Positions 39,101 through 51,917 of a DNA stretch of 64,000 nt are shown in pieces (position 1 is the stretch's first letter; the number at the start of each line of letters is the position of its first letter). Location: positions 26,040,001 through 26,104,000 of the forward strand of contig CM022670.1 of the NCBI GenBank assembly GCA_012295275.1. The letters run 5' to 3'. The translations under genes were made by a program, and so were the position numbers. Below the pieces are notes generated by a model that was not told where the DNA came from, searched no databases, and saw only the letters and a list, made by a program, of their open reading frames with translations. The DNA is from Chrysomallon squamiferum (taxonomy: Eukaryota > Animalia > Mollusca).

Positions 39101-41135
39101 TGTGCAGAATAATCTGTCTAATGATCATTAAAAACACTTCATTAAGAATTGTTTTGTATTCCAAGTGAAGTTTCTTTATGTTTCAAGAGTAGAATGTGTT
39201 TCACTCTGACTAAGGACATTTTTTTCTGTTTAGTCATTAATTTTTCAACATTTTTAAGCAAATATTTTTCTTTGTTTATACTGGTATCAGTTGATACATA
39301 AACAGTTTTATTATGTAGCTAAATATTAATATTTGTTATACAGGAACGTGATGATGAACTTGCTAATGAAATGACTTACCAAGATACTGATAAAGATGAT
39401 GAATCCTATCAAAGTTCTGGACTCAAAATAGAATTGGCTCCAAGTGAAACTAAGCCTTTTACCAGGTTTGTGCATTAGTATTTATTTGTCATAAATTATT
39501 ATATTTTTCACAGCCTTGGAATATATTATTCATAGATGAATGTTTAGAATGATAACAGAATAAAAATGCTGTTTCATGTAACTTTTGAACTTACTTAATT
39601 TAAACAAATAGAAGGGTGGCAGATTAATATCCAGAATTAAGAAATGTTTCATTTTAAAGGAGCGTTTCAGAATTAAAATGTTATCTTGGCCTGGTTATTG
39701 ATGTGTAAGTATTGCAGTTTATATGTGTCTGAATTTGTTTTCAGAATTGGCAGTGATGAAGATGATGATGAGGCTGATGAGTCTCAGAGCATGGAGGATC
39801 CCTCTGAAACTGCCGTCTCTCGTGATGCCAAACTAGAGCACACTACCCCACAAGATACAGTGGAAGCTGAGGTCAAAGTACAACCTCCTACGCCCCATGA
39901 ATCATCTTCCCAGGAAGATGGAATTCAGAACAGTGCCCAAGTTTCATCATCACCAAGCTGTGATGCAGATGGCACAGTCTCAGAAGTTAGTCCAACTGCT
40001 GGTGGTGAGGAAACTGGGACAGGCACTGATAATGTAACAGAAACTAATCCATCAAGTGATGCCTCACCTCAAAAAGAAGAAAAAAGTCCTGTTCAAGTAA
40101 GAGTTAGACAGTTCTATATTAAATTAATGAGTACTCTGAATTAATATTTTAGTGAATTGATTTTATTATTATGTTTGTCTGAAATGAAATTATTAACCAC
40201 TTTTCAAATTTGTTTTCATTAAACATTTTTTTTTTAAATTAAGGTTAATGGAGAGATTGAAGAAGAATTAGAAATTGATGATTTGCCAGCATCTTTAAAC
40301 ATTGATGGTCCAGTAAGCATTATTTACATGTTCTGTTTTACCTACTATGTCAAAACTTTTTTTTATAAAAATGTAAAAGAATTTTTCTTTATCAATAATT
40401 ACATATTTCATTTGAAATATAAATCTTATTCACATTATTTTTCATGAGAGGGTAGAGTCATATTAATCAATAAATAACACTGATTTCTCACAAGAGTAAT
40501 GTGAAAATTGCCACATTGAAAGACCATTTTTGACCATCAATTTAGGGTCTTAATGATAAATTCTCAAACACTTGTTATATGTTAAAATATATCCGGGAAT
40601 ATTTTTGTCTATATGAGTTTCAGAATTCATTTATTCTTGGTAAATGAAATAAGTATCCAGTGTTCATACCATTTACAGCAACACAGTGCAAAAGCATTCA
40701 GGATTTTGTCATCTTTCTGTTCTTGTTTCAGCCTGATTTAGCTAAAATGTTAGATGAAGAAGAAAAAGAAATAACTGGTCCAGAAGCAATTCTCTTAGAA
40801 TTAGACTCTAGCAATGAACAAGCTGGTGATGGAAATGCCATTAAAGATCCAGGTATCTGAAACAAACTCCACCATAATTTTATATGTGTTGATATACTTC
40901 AGATTATATACTCTACTTTCATGTTAAACATAGCAACCAACCTTAATGCATTTTTAAGTATCATTTTATTCATTTTTTCAACTGTATACATCTTAGTGTA
41001 CAAGTAGTGTTTTGAAAAACATTTCAGATGATTATTATTAAAATTAATGCATGAAGTCTGTTTTATGTACTTAAACCCTTATCCAGTCATTGAAATGGAA
41101 ACCTTAAAATTCATACATATACATACATACATACA

Positions 41136-41166
<31 letters not shown>

Positions 41167-41240
41167 TATATATTAATCATTCAGTGGCTGACTCAGCAAA
41201 GATACTTTTTTTTTTAATTATTTCAGATTCCTTAGCATGA
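24142..41240 (+). CDS. PCM1: Pericentriolar material 1 (centriolar satellite scaffold), ~35 coding exons
   Basis: Start MATGG at 24142. QIVGRLMQIRDYIKQASSM (25507-25605); VRDRLNKLRDLVQYYQ (~29600-29660); SLFEALKETIYSEVAIFISQNESRPHFLIELF...YLRQRGLYAIQDLI (~35750-35930); SDLTPSESL (~36570); YPRIDTAQLDQQIKSIMTEVIP and ETSEVLFNELAFLRLMQDL (PCM1 C-terminal domain, 38012-38570). Early exons 24142-24279, 24452-24694, 24973-25098, 25507-25605, 26565-26699, 26911-27087, 27485-27583, 27764-27857 and 28410-28621 are phase-consistent. Last exon 41227-41240 (DSLA*), or stop at 40860 if the last intron is retained. Confidence 0.93.
25891..25983 (+). CDS. PCM1: PCM1 alternative exon A (93 nt, phase 0-0)
   Basis: ttgttgtAG|TDEERAAKLKQVITSLKEQEQNCLDNLQKLW|GTTAGT. 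Confidence 0.7.
26019..26114 (+). CDS. PCM1: PCM1 alternative exon B (96 nt, phase 0-0)
   Basis: ttgttctAG|RSYKEDLEKLKKLVDNLKDQEHGYMGLLQGML|GTGAGT. Confidence 0.8.
41113..41165. repeat. (ATAC)n microsatellite
   Basis: Tandem repeat seen directly. Confidence 0.9.
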
Positions 41241-42566
41241 AGAACATTATTTTGAAGTTTTTTTAACTGTTCCACTTGATTTCACAGACTGTTTTGATGT
41301 TCATTGAATTAATCTAGCCAAGTGCACATTGTTATTGTACTTAGTTCACTGTAAATTTATATTAAGATGAGAAAACCCACCTTTTGATCATTAAAACTTA
41401 TTGAGGTTCATATGCATTGAAAGTATGAAAACTATATCAATAATAATAATACATTTAAAACAATAATTATTAATTGTATCCTTTTTTATATCTTTTTAAG
41501 TTTGAACAAAAATATAATATATATTTCTTTTTATTTTCTGCTATTCACAATTAATTATTGTTTGAGGAAAAATTCATTGTTAATGATAATTTAAAGCAGA
41601 TGATCTGGTAAAAGGCTCAGTTTTTAATTCTTTTATGAATTTCATCTCTTTTTATACTTTCATCTATTTGCAGAAATGAATAATTAATTGAAGATGTTGT
41701 TTCTTTTAGTAAGGAAAAACAAAGAAAAAAATCTATAAATGGAACAAAATTAAATGCATCTGTAGATATAAATTAATATTTACAATCAAAAAGTGAGAAT
41801 AGTCTGAATAGTGATGGTTTTAATCAGTGTAGGGTTGTATACCTCTGTATGTATTTATTAAGTAAAAAGATCAGAAATATCTTTAAAATAAAACCATAGT
41901 GGACAAATGTTAATTATGTTTGTAACAAGATTAGCTTGGTTATCAGGTGGTTGAACTTTTTGCTACTGCTGTAATATATTAAAAATTAAAATACTGCTGC
42001 TGATATACCAAAACATAAAGCACACAGTTATTTTCTTTTATTTGCTGCTGTAGATGTAAAATTAATAGATGCAGTTTTTACATTTAACCTGTACATAAAA
42101 CACTGGTATGGAGGCCGAATCTTGTTTGCTATCCAACGATCTGTTTCAAAATATTCTAAAAGGAAAAGTTTTTTTGCAGTTTGTTTTCACTGTCTTCACT
42201 CAAGATCTTGGTCTGTAATCATAAATATAGGAGTTTTTCTGTTCTTTGTGCTTAGTTTAGCATGTAGATAAACACAATAAATATTTTTATATGATTCAGA
42301 ATATTGGTGATGCAGACTACTTTTGTCGTTCATGCATTTTATTGAACTGTGTCAAGTTTGAAATACACTGTACTCATTTTTATCTTTATATGCTATAAGA
42401 TTTCAGTCATGCATAGGTACTATAACTCTTAAGAATTCATTTAATTTGTGCGAAATAATGCATTTCTACCAAAAATAAATAATAGTCCTAAATATAAAGT
42501 ATCTACTATTTCAAGATTTTTAAAAATTTATTTTTATTTTTAAACTTTATTAGCAAATAATAAAAA

Positions 42567-42569
<3 letters not shown>

Positions 42570-42619
<50 letters not shown>
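42570..42619. repeat. (AAT)n microsatellite
   Basis: Tandem repeat seen directly. Confidence 0.9.
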
Positions 42620-42622
<3 letters not shown>

Positions 42623-45258
42623 TTAAATTAAATTAAATAAAGGAAAAAAATAATTTTTTTCATACAAAATACAAGATATTTTAATCTATCATTTTCATGA
42701 AAAATTACTACTAATCATAATTAAATCTTGTTCTAATAACTTGTATTTTAGAATTTTGTGTTTGTAAAGATGGTTGTATGATTACTGGTTAAGGTTTTCC
42801 ACTGACAGTTGACATTCCACAAATTAATAAAATGTAATGTAAAAATGTGTTGCAGTTTGTTTAATAAACATACATACATGCATAATTTATGTTCCTATTT
42901 GCTGTTTATATTTGAAATAAAAGTTAATTACAGAAATAAAAACATGTAATTATGTTTCAGTTGTGAAGTTAATGTATTTTAATTACACCTTATATTATGA
43001 AGTTCAGAATGTTGCCTAGAAAAGACCATTATCAAAAAGTTAAGACATAATGGCATTACTATATTTGTTAATGCATGTGATTGTTCAGGTAGAGAAAAAA
43101 TACAACAAAAATCCCTATAATTATTTAGTTGTGTTTTAACTCCATTATAGTTTTAATCCATGAATCTGTATCATATTTAACACTATTAAAAGAATGAATA
43201 TTTTTGTCTTCAAGGACCTCTTTATGATTGTTGTAAAATGATTTTGAATGATAATTTATTTTTATTGTTAATAGTATTAAATAATTAAAAATAATCTTTT
43301 TGAAAATAACTTCACTCTGAATGATTAACACTCCTTCGGAATTGACAAATTTTATACCAGTTTATATTAGTGAGTGGAAATGATATATTTTGGCTAAAGA
43401 AATGATTGTATTCTGTGATATTCATATAAAAGTTATTCAAATATTCACCAGTTGTTTAGTTAATTAGTACTGTTGATTTAGCAAATATAAATTAACTGAA
43501 TTTTATAAACTTGTGAACTGAAATGAAGTGGTTGTGTTTTTAACATTATGTTCAAACTGCACATTTTAGCCAGAATTGTATGGATATTTTTGTACTTTGT
43601 AACAAGATGTTCCGATTGGCTTTCTTTCTTTATTTTGGTGCCTGAATTATCCAGTAATTTCCATGCCAATACTGACAGTTTTAAATAAATATAAACTTCA
43701 CTGATAGAGATAATAACCATTCTCTCATTTTGTATGAAACAAGTACAAAAGAAAAAATTTCTTTGAGAAAATCTTGAATGACATTTTTGTGAAAAGAATC
43801 AAATAAGATACATGTTTGTTTTTGGGGTATTGTATAAATTCCATTAAAAGTATATTAAATATAAGCCATGGTGATTGTGTATTTACAGTATAAATTTATA
43901 ATAATCTTAAATTTTAAAAATTAAAATAGAAAATTAATATTTTTTGGGGTGTTGGTTTTGAAAGAAAGGAGAGAGCTAATGTTACAGGTTATTAATCAAA
44001 GTATAATTACAATATTTATCTTATAATTTTTATTTTATAGACTATTTTCTACATTTATTTTTCAGAAGAATAAAATAATTCTATACCTACTGTTAAAATG
44101 TATCTGTATTTTCAAATGTAAATTAGATGGATCAGTTTCTTTTTATGAGTTCCTTAATTATTGTTCAAAGTTATTAATTTGTTGTTACATAGTTCAGAAT
44201 TGTCATCATTAATTTATAAGGCAACATATTTTTATTACTTTTTGTTAAATACATTTTTGGAACGTTTGTAAATTAGATCAGTAAAAATATAACAGTGAAT
44301 GTAAAATAATTTAAAAAAAAGAAAAAACATTCAAAACTAATGTTCCATAAATGAACATTTTCTGAATCTTGTGATTTCAAGAATTATTTTGTTTTGTATT
44401 TAATAATTACAGTTCTGTTATAACATTTCACTGTAAGAAATTAGCATTTCATCATTGTATTTGTGCAGATACTGAAACATCAAAAATATAACTTTATGCC
44501 ATTGTGCTTCAGAATTCCATCCATCTTATGTGTTGTTCACCATCTTTGAACATGGGAGATGTGTGTATATGTTTCTGTGTTTATGCACAGACACACACAC
44601 ACACACACGTATATTTTAACTGTTCTGTCTTGTACATTTCTGATTTTCACATTTCATTATCAAAATGACAGTTGCATGCCCAAAACCATTCATGATCATT
44701 AAAATGAAGACTGATGAAAATTAAAAAAAAAAAGATATTTTCCACTGTGTATCATAATAACAATATAATTAGACAGACCAAGTACCATGCTTCATGACAT
44801 TTAGATTTCTTAGTGTGTAGTGGCAATAACTGGACAAATGTATGCAAAATCAAATGTTTAACTTGTTATGTACTTAAATATTTTAGTATATTGACACTAT
44901 AAATTAATATAATGAAACTTGTGTTGTGTTTTTGGCTTTCACAATAAAATTCACTGTATTCAGTCTGCCAGCATATATGTTTGTGTTTATTTACTTAATT
45001 ACTTGTTTATTTTTCTTATCTTTAACTACATGGTGAAGATTCTTAAATATACTAAAATAATTTTTTTACACACACACACATATATATATATATATACACA
45101 CACACACATACATATACATACATGACAGCCATTGCATCAATTCAGTTTCCAAATATATTGACTTGCCATAATACTGAATCTTTGCATTTGACAGCATCAG
45201 TATACATTTTTGAACTATGTACATTATGTTGAAATACTCAGACAATTCAAAATGCTTT

Positions 45259-45290
<32 letters not shown>

Positions 45291-46409
45291 CCGTATACAA
45301 TTTTTGGCATTTTTAGAATTAAAGCTATATAGATTTAAAAACTGGCACTAGGCATGGAAATCAAGACAGACTTGTACAAAGTTTCTGGTGACTCGGTATC
45401 TGTTTAAAATAAATTTCAAAATAAAACAACATACGACTCATTTTAAATATATGTGCATCAACAGAGATTTATTTTTTAAAATGTGTTCTGTGACATGAAC
45501 ATTGATCAATAACAGCAGGAGTTATGTATTTCATTTAATAAAATATTCAAAGCAGTGCTTATGGTTTCTCATCGATGCAGAAACATTTATATTTGTAATC
45601 TATCAATGCTCCAGAAAGTAAGACAAAGATGAGCGGGTATCAGTGATTATCGTAATATGAAAAAAAAAAAATAATAATAATAAAAAAATGTATATGTGTG
45701 TGTATATATGTATATATATATATAGATAGATAGATTAAAATAATAATAATAAAGTAAATAATTGAAATAATAAATAATGAAGGAAAGAAGGAAGATAATT
45801 AGATAAATTACTATATATTTTAGAAATGTAAATAATATAAATATGTCTCCTTCAAGTGTGCAAACATGTACTGGTCAGTCAAATATGTGGTATAGTTTGT
45901 TTTAAAAATACTTCTCAAAATTCAATCTAAATATTACTTTAATATATATATATATATATCCAATATATTTTATGTACAAAGCATAAATAGAGTCTTAAAA
46001 TAGATAAACAAATAAAATGCTGTTATGGCGCACTTTTAATAATAATATTTTAATTTGTTTTTCTTCTTTTTTATTTTATTTTTTTATTATTATTAAAATT
46101 GTTTATGAGAGTTAAAAATTAAAACAAAAAATATCTCTGACATAAAATTATCCCAGCGATTTCATATCGAGTAGAACAAAATAATAATAATAAATAAATA
46201 AATAAATAAATAAATAAATATTAACAATTAAAAGGTTATTATTCCGAAGAGCGTTAAGCGAAAATAAAAATAAGCATAAATAAAAGGTTTTCGAACCGGC
46301 ATCAATAATATGAAACTATCCCAAAGGCTCATGTTAGATTTGAAAAATGTTTAATTATAATAATAATTATGGTGATGGCGATGATGATGTCATACAGTGA
46401 GTGCCGTCA

Positions 46410-47063
46410 TCAGTATCTTCGACCGCTTCTAGTTCTTTTCGCAAGAAATTTATCACTCTCCAGATTCAACGCTTCCGTTTTTGTTTTTTGATTCGTTTTT
46501 CCGACCATACTTAATATTCGTTTCCACAAAGACAGCGACGTTTCTTTGTTATTGGTTTTGTTTTTAGAAAAATAACTTAAACGAGCGATAAAAAGAAAGA
46601 AAATCGACAAACATGAAGCATCGAAAAGGTTCTGATTTAAAACGTCACTGAAAACAGGTACGTGTGTGTACAGATTGATTATCTGAAGTAAATACGAAAT
46701 AGCATTTCCAAAACCTGAATAAATCTTCATAAATATTCCCAAAAACCATAACTGTCTGTGCATAGTGCAATCAACTCCATAAATATCATAGCAGATTTGT
46801 ATAATGAATATTAAAATAACCGAAGCGGCGAATATAAATAACCAGACAGGTAGTGAGAATAAATCGAAGTCCGAAAAATATCTGCACTTGTTATCCATGT
46901 TATTGTAATACTGATTTTTGCATCCACTTTTGGAGCCATTAATCCATACGTCAGTGAAGCTAACAACAAATTTCGTTCCAATGCAAACGCAAATATCGAG
47001 AATAATATCTTTCTTATAAATAATAAGTGCAGTCAGTATCAAAATGAAAACTAAATTTCCCAT
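46410..47063 (-). CDS. Intronless uncharacterised multi-pass membrane protein (217 aa) with basic C-terminal tail KRTRSGRRY
   Basis: 654-nt ATG-initiated, non-repetitive ORF in very AT-rich DNA; 3-5 hydrophobic segments; CpG-retaining sequence; CRE palindrome 63 nt upstream. Confidence 0.7.
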   Translation of the reverse strand: MGNLVFILILTALIIYKKDIILDICVCIGTKFVVSFTDVWINGSKSGCKNQYYNNMDNKCRYFSDFDLFSLPVWLFIFAASVILIFIIQICYDIYGVDCTMHRQLWFLGIFMKIYSGFGNAISYLLQIINLYTHVPVFSDVLNQNLFDASCLSIFFLFIARLSYFSKNKTNNKETSLSLWKRILSMVGKTNQKTKTEALNLESDKFLAKRTRSGRRY

Positions 47064-47125
47064 GTTATAACAGTATTGCTGAAAGGGACTACGAAATGCG
47101 TTAACGTCTTTGAACTGCGTGGATG

Positions 47126-47133
47126 TGACGTCA
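47126..47133. promoter_or_regulatory. Full CRE palindrome TGACGTCA upstream of the 217-aa ORF
   Basis: Exact 8-bp match 63 nt 5' of ATG 47063. Confidence 0.45.
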
Positions 47134-50100
47134 TTAACATTCAGAGGAGAATAATTAATATATTCATTTTCTCATACAGTATCCTTGTTCTTTAATGATA
47201 TTATTTTTTATTAAAAGTAAACAGTAGCTCTCTGACTGAAATATTTACCTGAGGTGTAGTGGATCATTAGATTAATCCGTCAATGTGTACATGTTTTTTG
47301 AAATCATTCCTATTCCTGAGAAAACATGAAGGATTTATTACAATAATTTCCACTCTTTAGAAAGGAGGCCATAACATCGAAATATAGCCTGAGTGATTTT
47401 TTAATTTTTAATTTATTTAATTTGTTTGTTTTTTGGTTTTTTTTTTTTTTTTTTTAATTTATATAAATATGCATATGTTCTAATTTATATCAAATTTAGA
47501 GTTATACTAAATAAACTTATTTCGTTATATATATATATATATATATAAAAAAAATAACATTTTTATTTTTAAATTTGGAGAAATAACTCGAAACAATTTA
47601 GCTGTAATATTAAATGTATATCACGATATTAGAGTTATATGTAGATACCACAATTTCATACCTAAATTACATATTGCTATAGTGTAGATACCAAAAATAC
47701 TAACTAAAATACAGATCACTGAAGACATCGAAACCTAGCATGATCATAGACAGCCCGAGTTTTAAACTGATACGATTAACATTTATTAAATATTAGGATG
47801 TCATGTTTTAAAATAAACTATATTGTATTTTTAATTTACATCTAACCGATTTTGAGGGAAAGATAATTACATAGTTTACAAGGCGAGTTCTGCTTCTCTG
47901 TTGCATAAAATACATTAAAAAAACTTCTTAAGACCAAAAACAATGGCGTAGGATTGATTGTGTGTATGTGTGTGCGTGTGTGTGTTTGTTTGAGTAAAAT
48001 CAAATAATTAAAGTACTGAATTATTATTGTTGTTGGTGGTGGTGTTTTTGTATGTCCAATGAAGATTTAAAAATAAATAATTTAAAATCATTATTAATTT
48101 TATTTTATTTAATTTCACATAATCTTATCTTATTAATATTTTCTTCTTCTTCATATAAATATAAATAAATATATTAAAAACAGCAACCAATATAGCCTTT
48201 ATAAATAAATAAATAACATTAAAAAAAATTGAAAGAAAATAATATAATTAAACAAAATAATAAATAAAACAAAACTAAGTAAACGAACGAACGAATAAAC
48301 AAACATAAATTTAAAAAAAAAAAAAAAAAAAAATGTTTCAGCTATGATAAAACTGATAACGAATGAGGGAAATATGTATCTTCACTGGAAATAAAAGTCC
48401 ACTAAAACATCGTCAGCCTAGTGTTTATATTTATCCGTATAAAAGTTGCCTGACAACGACCCGCTAATAATCGTATATTCAAATTAACATGGCTGAATGC
48501 TTCTAACGGCTTTTCCCACCTACTTAATATCCTTTTAAAACGTACCCACTTGTCTTTTCTGAACATAAAAGACAGACATGTAACATACTGTATGTTATAG
48601 ACAGAATGAAAGAGTCTACTGAAGTTAATTCAGTGTAGAAATTCTACACATAGTATATATTCGCACAGAGAAGATTATTGGGTAGCTTGTCACTTTTGTT
48701 ATTTTCAGTAATATACTTTTGTATACTTCTAGATTTTTTTTTTTTTTTTTTTACTATTATTCGCTTTTTTATGCTTGGCTTGGCATGTACCTAATGAAAT
48801 AGCCGTAATCATTAATAAGTAAAAATGAAAACTTTTGTATTATCTTTGAAACAATGCTGTACTGCTTCGTTAGTTTTCGAAATTCTTCTTCCAAGTACAT
48901 CACAAAGATGCATTATGATAGACTCGACAATAGATCTTTAATGGGCGCAATGTTTATCGAAGATGTTTTGTGTATATTAATCGATTTTTTAACATTTTAC
49001 ATCTATATTAATAAGCATTTTATATAGTTTACATAAAGCTGATTATATCTGCATGAAGCAAGAATGCCGAAAGTAAGGCGCCCGCCTAAATCCGCAGAGG
49101 TAAATTAATATATATGTCTTTTTTATTATTTATATATATTATTGTTTCAGTTATCATGTTTCAAGTATTTATTAGCCAAAACTTCACAAAATAAGACAGA
49201 AAACATTATAAATAATACATTTAATTAACGAATTAATGTATTGGCTTTTGAAAATGCTGCTTGTTATTATATATTTATACTTTTATTTATATGTATAAAT
49301 AAATAAAAGTATATTAAAATAATTTAACAAAACCTTTTTTTTTAAGAGAAATTGCTTACTACTACTACTACTACTACTGGTCAGCATCACCACCTATGTA
49401 ATTACTACTAGTAATATCTTCATCATCATCACTACAGTTATAACCACACTACTTGTATTACTACTAGAACGACTATTACTTGTACTACTTACCATTACAT
49501 CCCACTACTACTATTACTGCTGTTGCTACTACTTCTACTACAGCTGTTTCTGCTACAACAACAACAGCTATTGCTACTGTAACTACCACAACTAATATAC
49601 GAAATAACCTTCGAGCTGTGTCCAGCGAGGGTTTCAGTGTTGTATACTTCATGATACTAATGCTTAATGAATGTAGGTTTTGGACGAATTAATTAATTAA
49701 TCTTTAGATACAAAGGTTTTTATACTGGATATGTAAAAGCAAATGGGATGATAATTATAACAAAAGAGTGACTTTTAATAATTAGTGAAAGGTAAAGTAG
49801 AAGTTTGAAAATACGTTAATAAATAAATATCCTTTATACAACTGATTTAAGTTTATTACTGAAACAATTTATTATGTTATATAAGTTTATTATATAATGC
49901 TGAATCACACCTGTTATTATTATTTTTTAGATCATTCATAATCCTTATTATTATTATTATTATTATTATTATCTTTTTGTTGTTGTTGTTGTTGTTGTAA
50001 ATCTTCAGTGGATTATTTTAAAATTTCTTTCTGTGCTAAAATTTTATTACTGATAGCTGTAACATAAGACGCCATACGTGAATTTAGCAATAATTCTGCA

Positions 50101-51379
50101 TACATTAAAACCTAGTTCATTCGTCAGAGTCTCTACCAGCATTAAACATTTATAATATAAATTACATTATGTAAAGAAGTGTTTGTACTTAACACCCCTG
50201 CTAAAATAGGTAAAGTGCCCAATGACATGTTTAAGTTATAAATTATTTTAAGTACTTTCCCATACATTTTGAAAGATGCACTTCCATTTTTAACGCGTAC
50301 ATCTTTTTTTTTTTTTTTTTTTTTCTCATTTATTCTTTAACTACCATCAATACTGTGATAAATATATCCTTTTGAATACTACTGAATTTTTTACAAGTTA
50401 ATAAAACATTTTTTTATTACAATGTGCTTTTGTCCTTTTACTTATATAAAACATTTTAAAATTATATACAGGTTCGTTCGTGATTGTATACACATAAACT
50501 TCTGGAATATTACAAAATATTTCTAAAAATATTTCTGTAAAAAAAGTGTTACATCTCAGAATAGCGTTCTTAGACAAACGTATGAATGTGCGTAGGTGTT
50601 CAGATAGGTAGATATGTAGAGATGTATGTAGGTAGGTAGTTAGGTATTTATGTAGGTATGTAGGTATTTGCCTATGTTTAGGTCTGTGTGTATGGGAAAA
50701 GTATGGACCTATTACATTTCTTTCTTGTCTTGGAAAGCGTTTTACTATTGTTTTATAAATATATTAAAGTGGTATCATGAAACAGATGATATCCTATTTG
50801 AAGTTCAAACAGGATTTTGGAAGGATTATTGAATAAACAGCAACGGTATCAAATTATATGAATTTCAGAAAACCGATTTTATGCAGATAAAATTTGTTTT
50901 AGAATTTGCATTGATCTTCATAACAGACATATTTACTCATTATACAAATTACTGTCATTACGTTGATAATTAACAAACTACGAATAACTATGCTTAACGC
51001 CATCTTGAATGTAATTAACAAAACTGCATTGCTTAAAACAACTAAATGTTAGACCTATATAACCAGGGGTAGTATTTTGGGGCTGAGTGATTTTGGGCAG
51101 GCGAGTGTGTCGAGGTTCCTGAAGGTTCATTTTTAATTACTGAAATATTTTAATAGCTCTTCTTAACTATTCATTTAATCATTAATGACATAGTCTATTA
51201 TTAATAGTCCGATTATTTATTTGTATTTAAATAACTTTACCATTATCAATAGAAACAGAATTTATTGTTATTATTAAATGAAAATTAATTAATTAGTTTC
51301 CAGTTATAAAGGTATTTTATTTTACAAATATCTAAAACACAATTATTCAATGAATTGTATATATTACCGTTAAATTATA

Positions 51380-51569
51380 ACGGGAACCTGTTTGACGTTA
51401 GTGGATTGGAGTTACCTTTCATTATGCATCACGTGACTCTTTCCCATTTGTTTAGCATGGAAACGACTGGTCACACATGTGAGTGGTCTAGTGAAGTAAA
51501 CTTGTGAAAACTTTGAGAATGTTATTATGACAGATATGTCATGGATTGTAGTACGGAATTTCATCAATA
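51380..51569 (+). promoter_or_regulatory. CpG-enriched putative promoter/5'UTR with TGACGT and TCACGTGAC motifs
   Basis: Local CpG/GC enrichment and E-box at 51429-51437, immediately upstream of an ATG-to-donor exon. Confidence 0.5.
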
Positions 51570-51629
51570 ATGAGTAGAGCAGATTACAGAAGTAGGCCTT
51601 CGTCCAGGCCGGTGTCCGTATCGGATCAG
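51570..51629 (+). CDS. Probable first coding exon of an unidentified gene (MSRADYRSRPSSRPVSVSDQ), followed by a long intron
   Basis: ataATG start, GC-rich 20-codon open frame, donor CAG|GTCAGT at 51629/51630. DNA becomes CpG-poor downstream, as in other gene bodies here. Confidence 0.5.
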
Positions 51630-51820
51630 GTCAGTAAAAAGTAAAAAGAAAAAAGAAAATGATTAGGAAAAAAAGGCACTAACCCATTGATCTCTGTCCA
51701 TTCTAACATATTGATATTCGAGGGAGAGAAAAAAAAAAATCAAATAAAAAATAAAAATAAATCATTGTAGTATTTTAAATATTTGTTATAATTATTTGCT
51801 TGATGTTAAAATAACAGTAA

Positions 51821-51823
<3 letters not shown>

Positions 51824-51913
<90 letters not shown>
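51824..51913. repeat. (CT)n microsatellite, ~45 units
   Basis: Perfect dinucleotide run. Confidence 0.97.
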
Positions 51914-51917
<4 letters not shown>

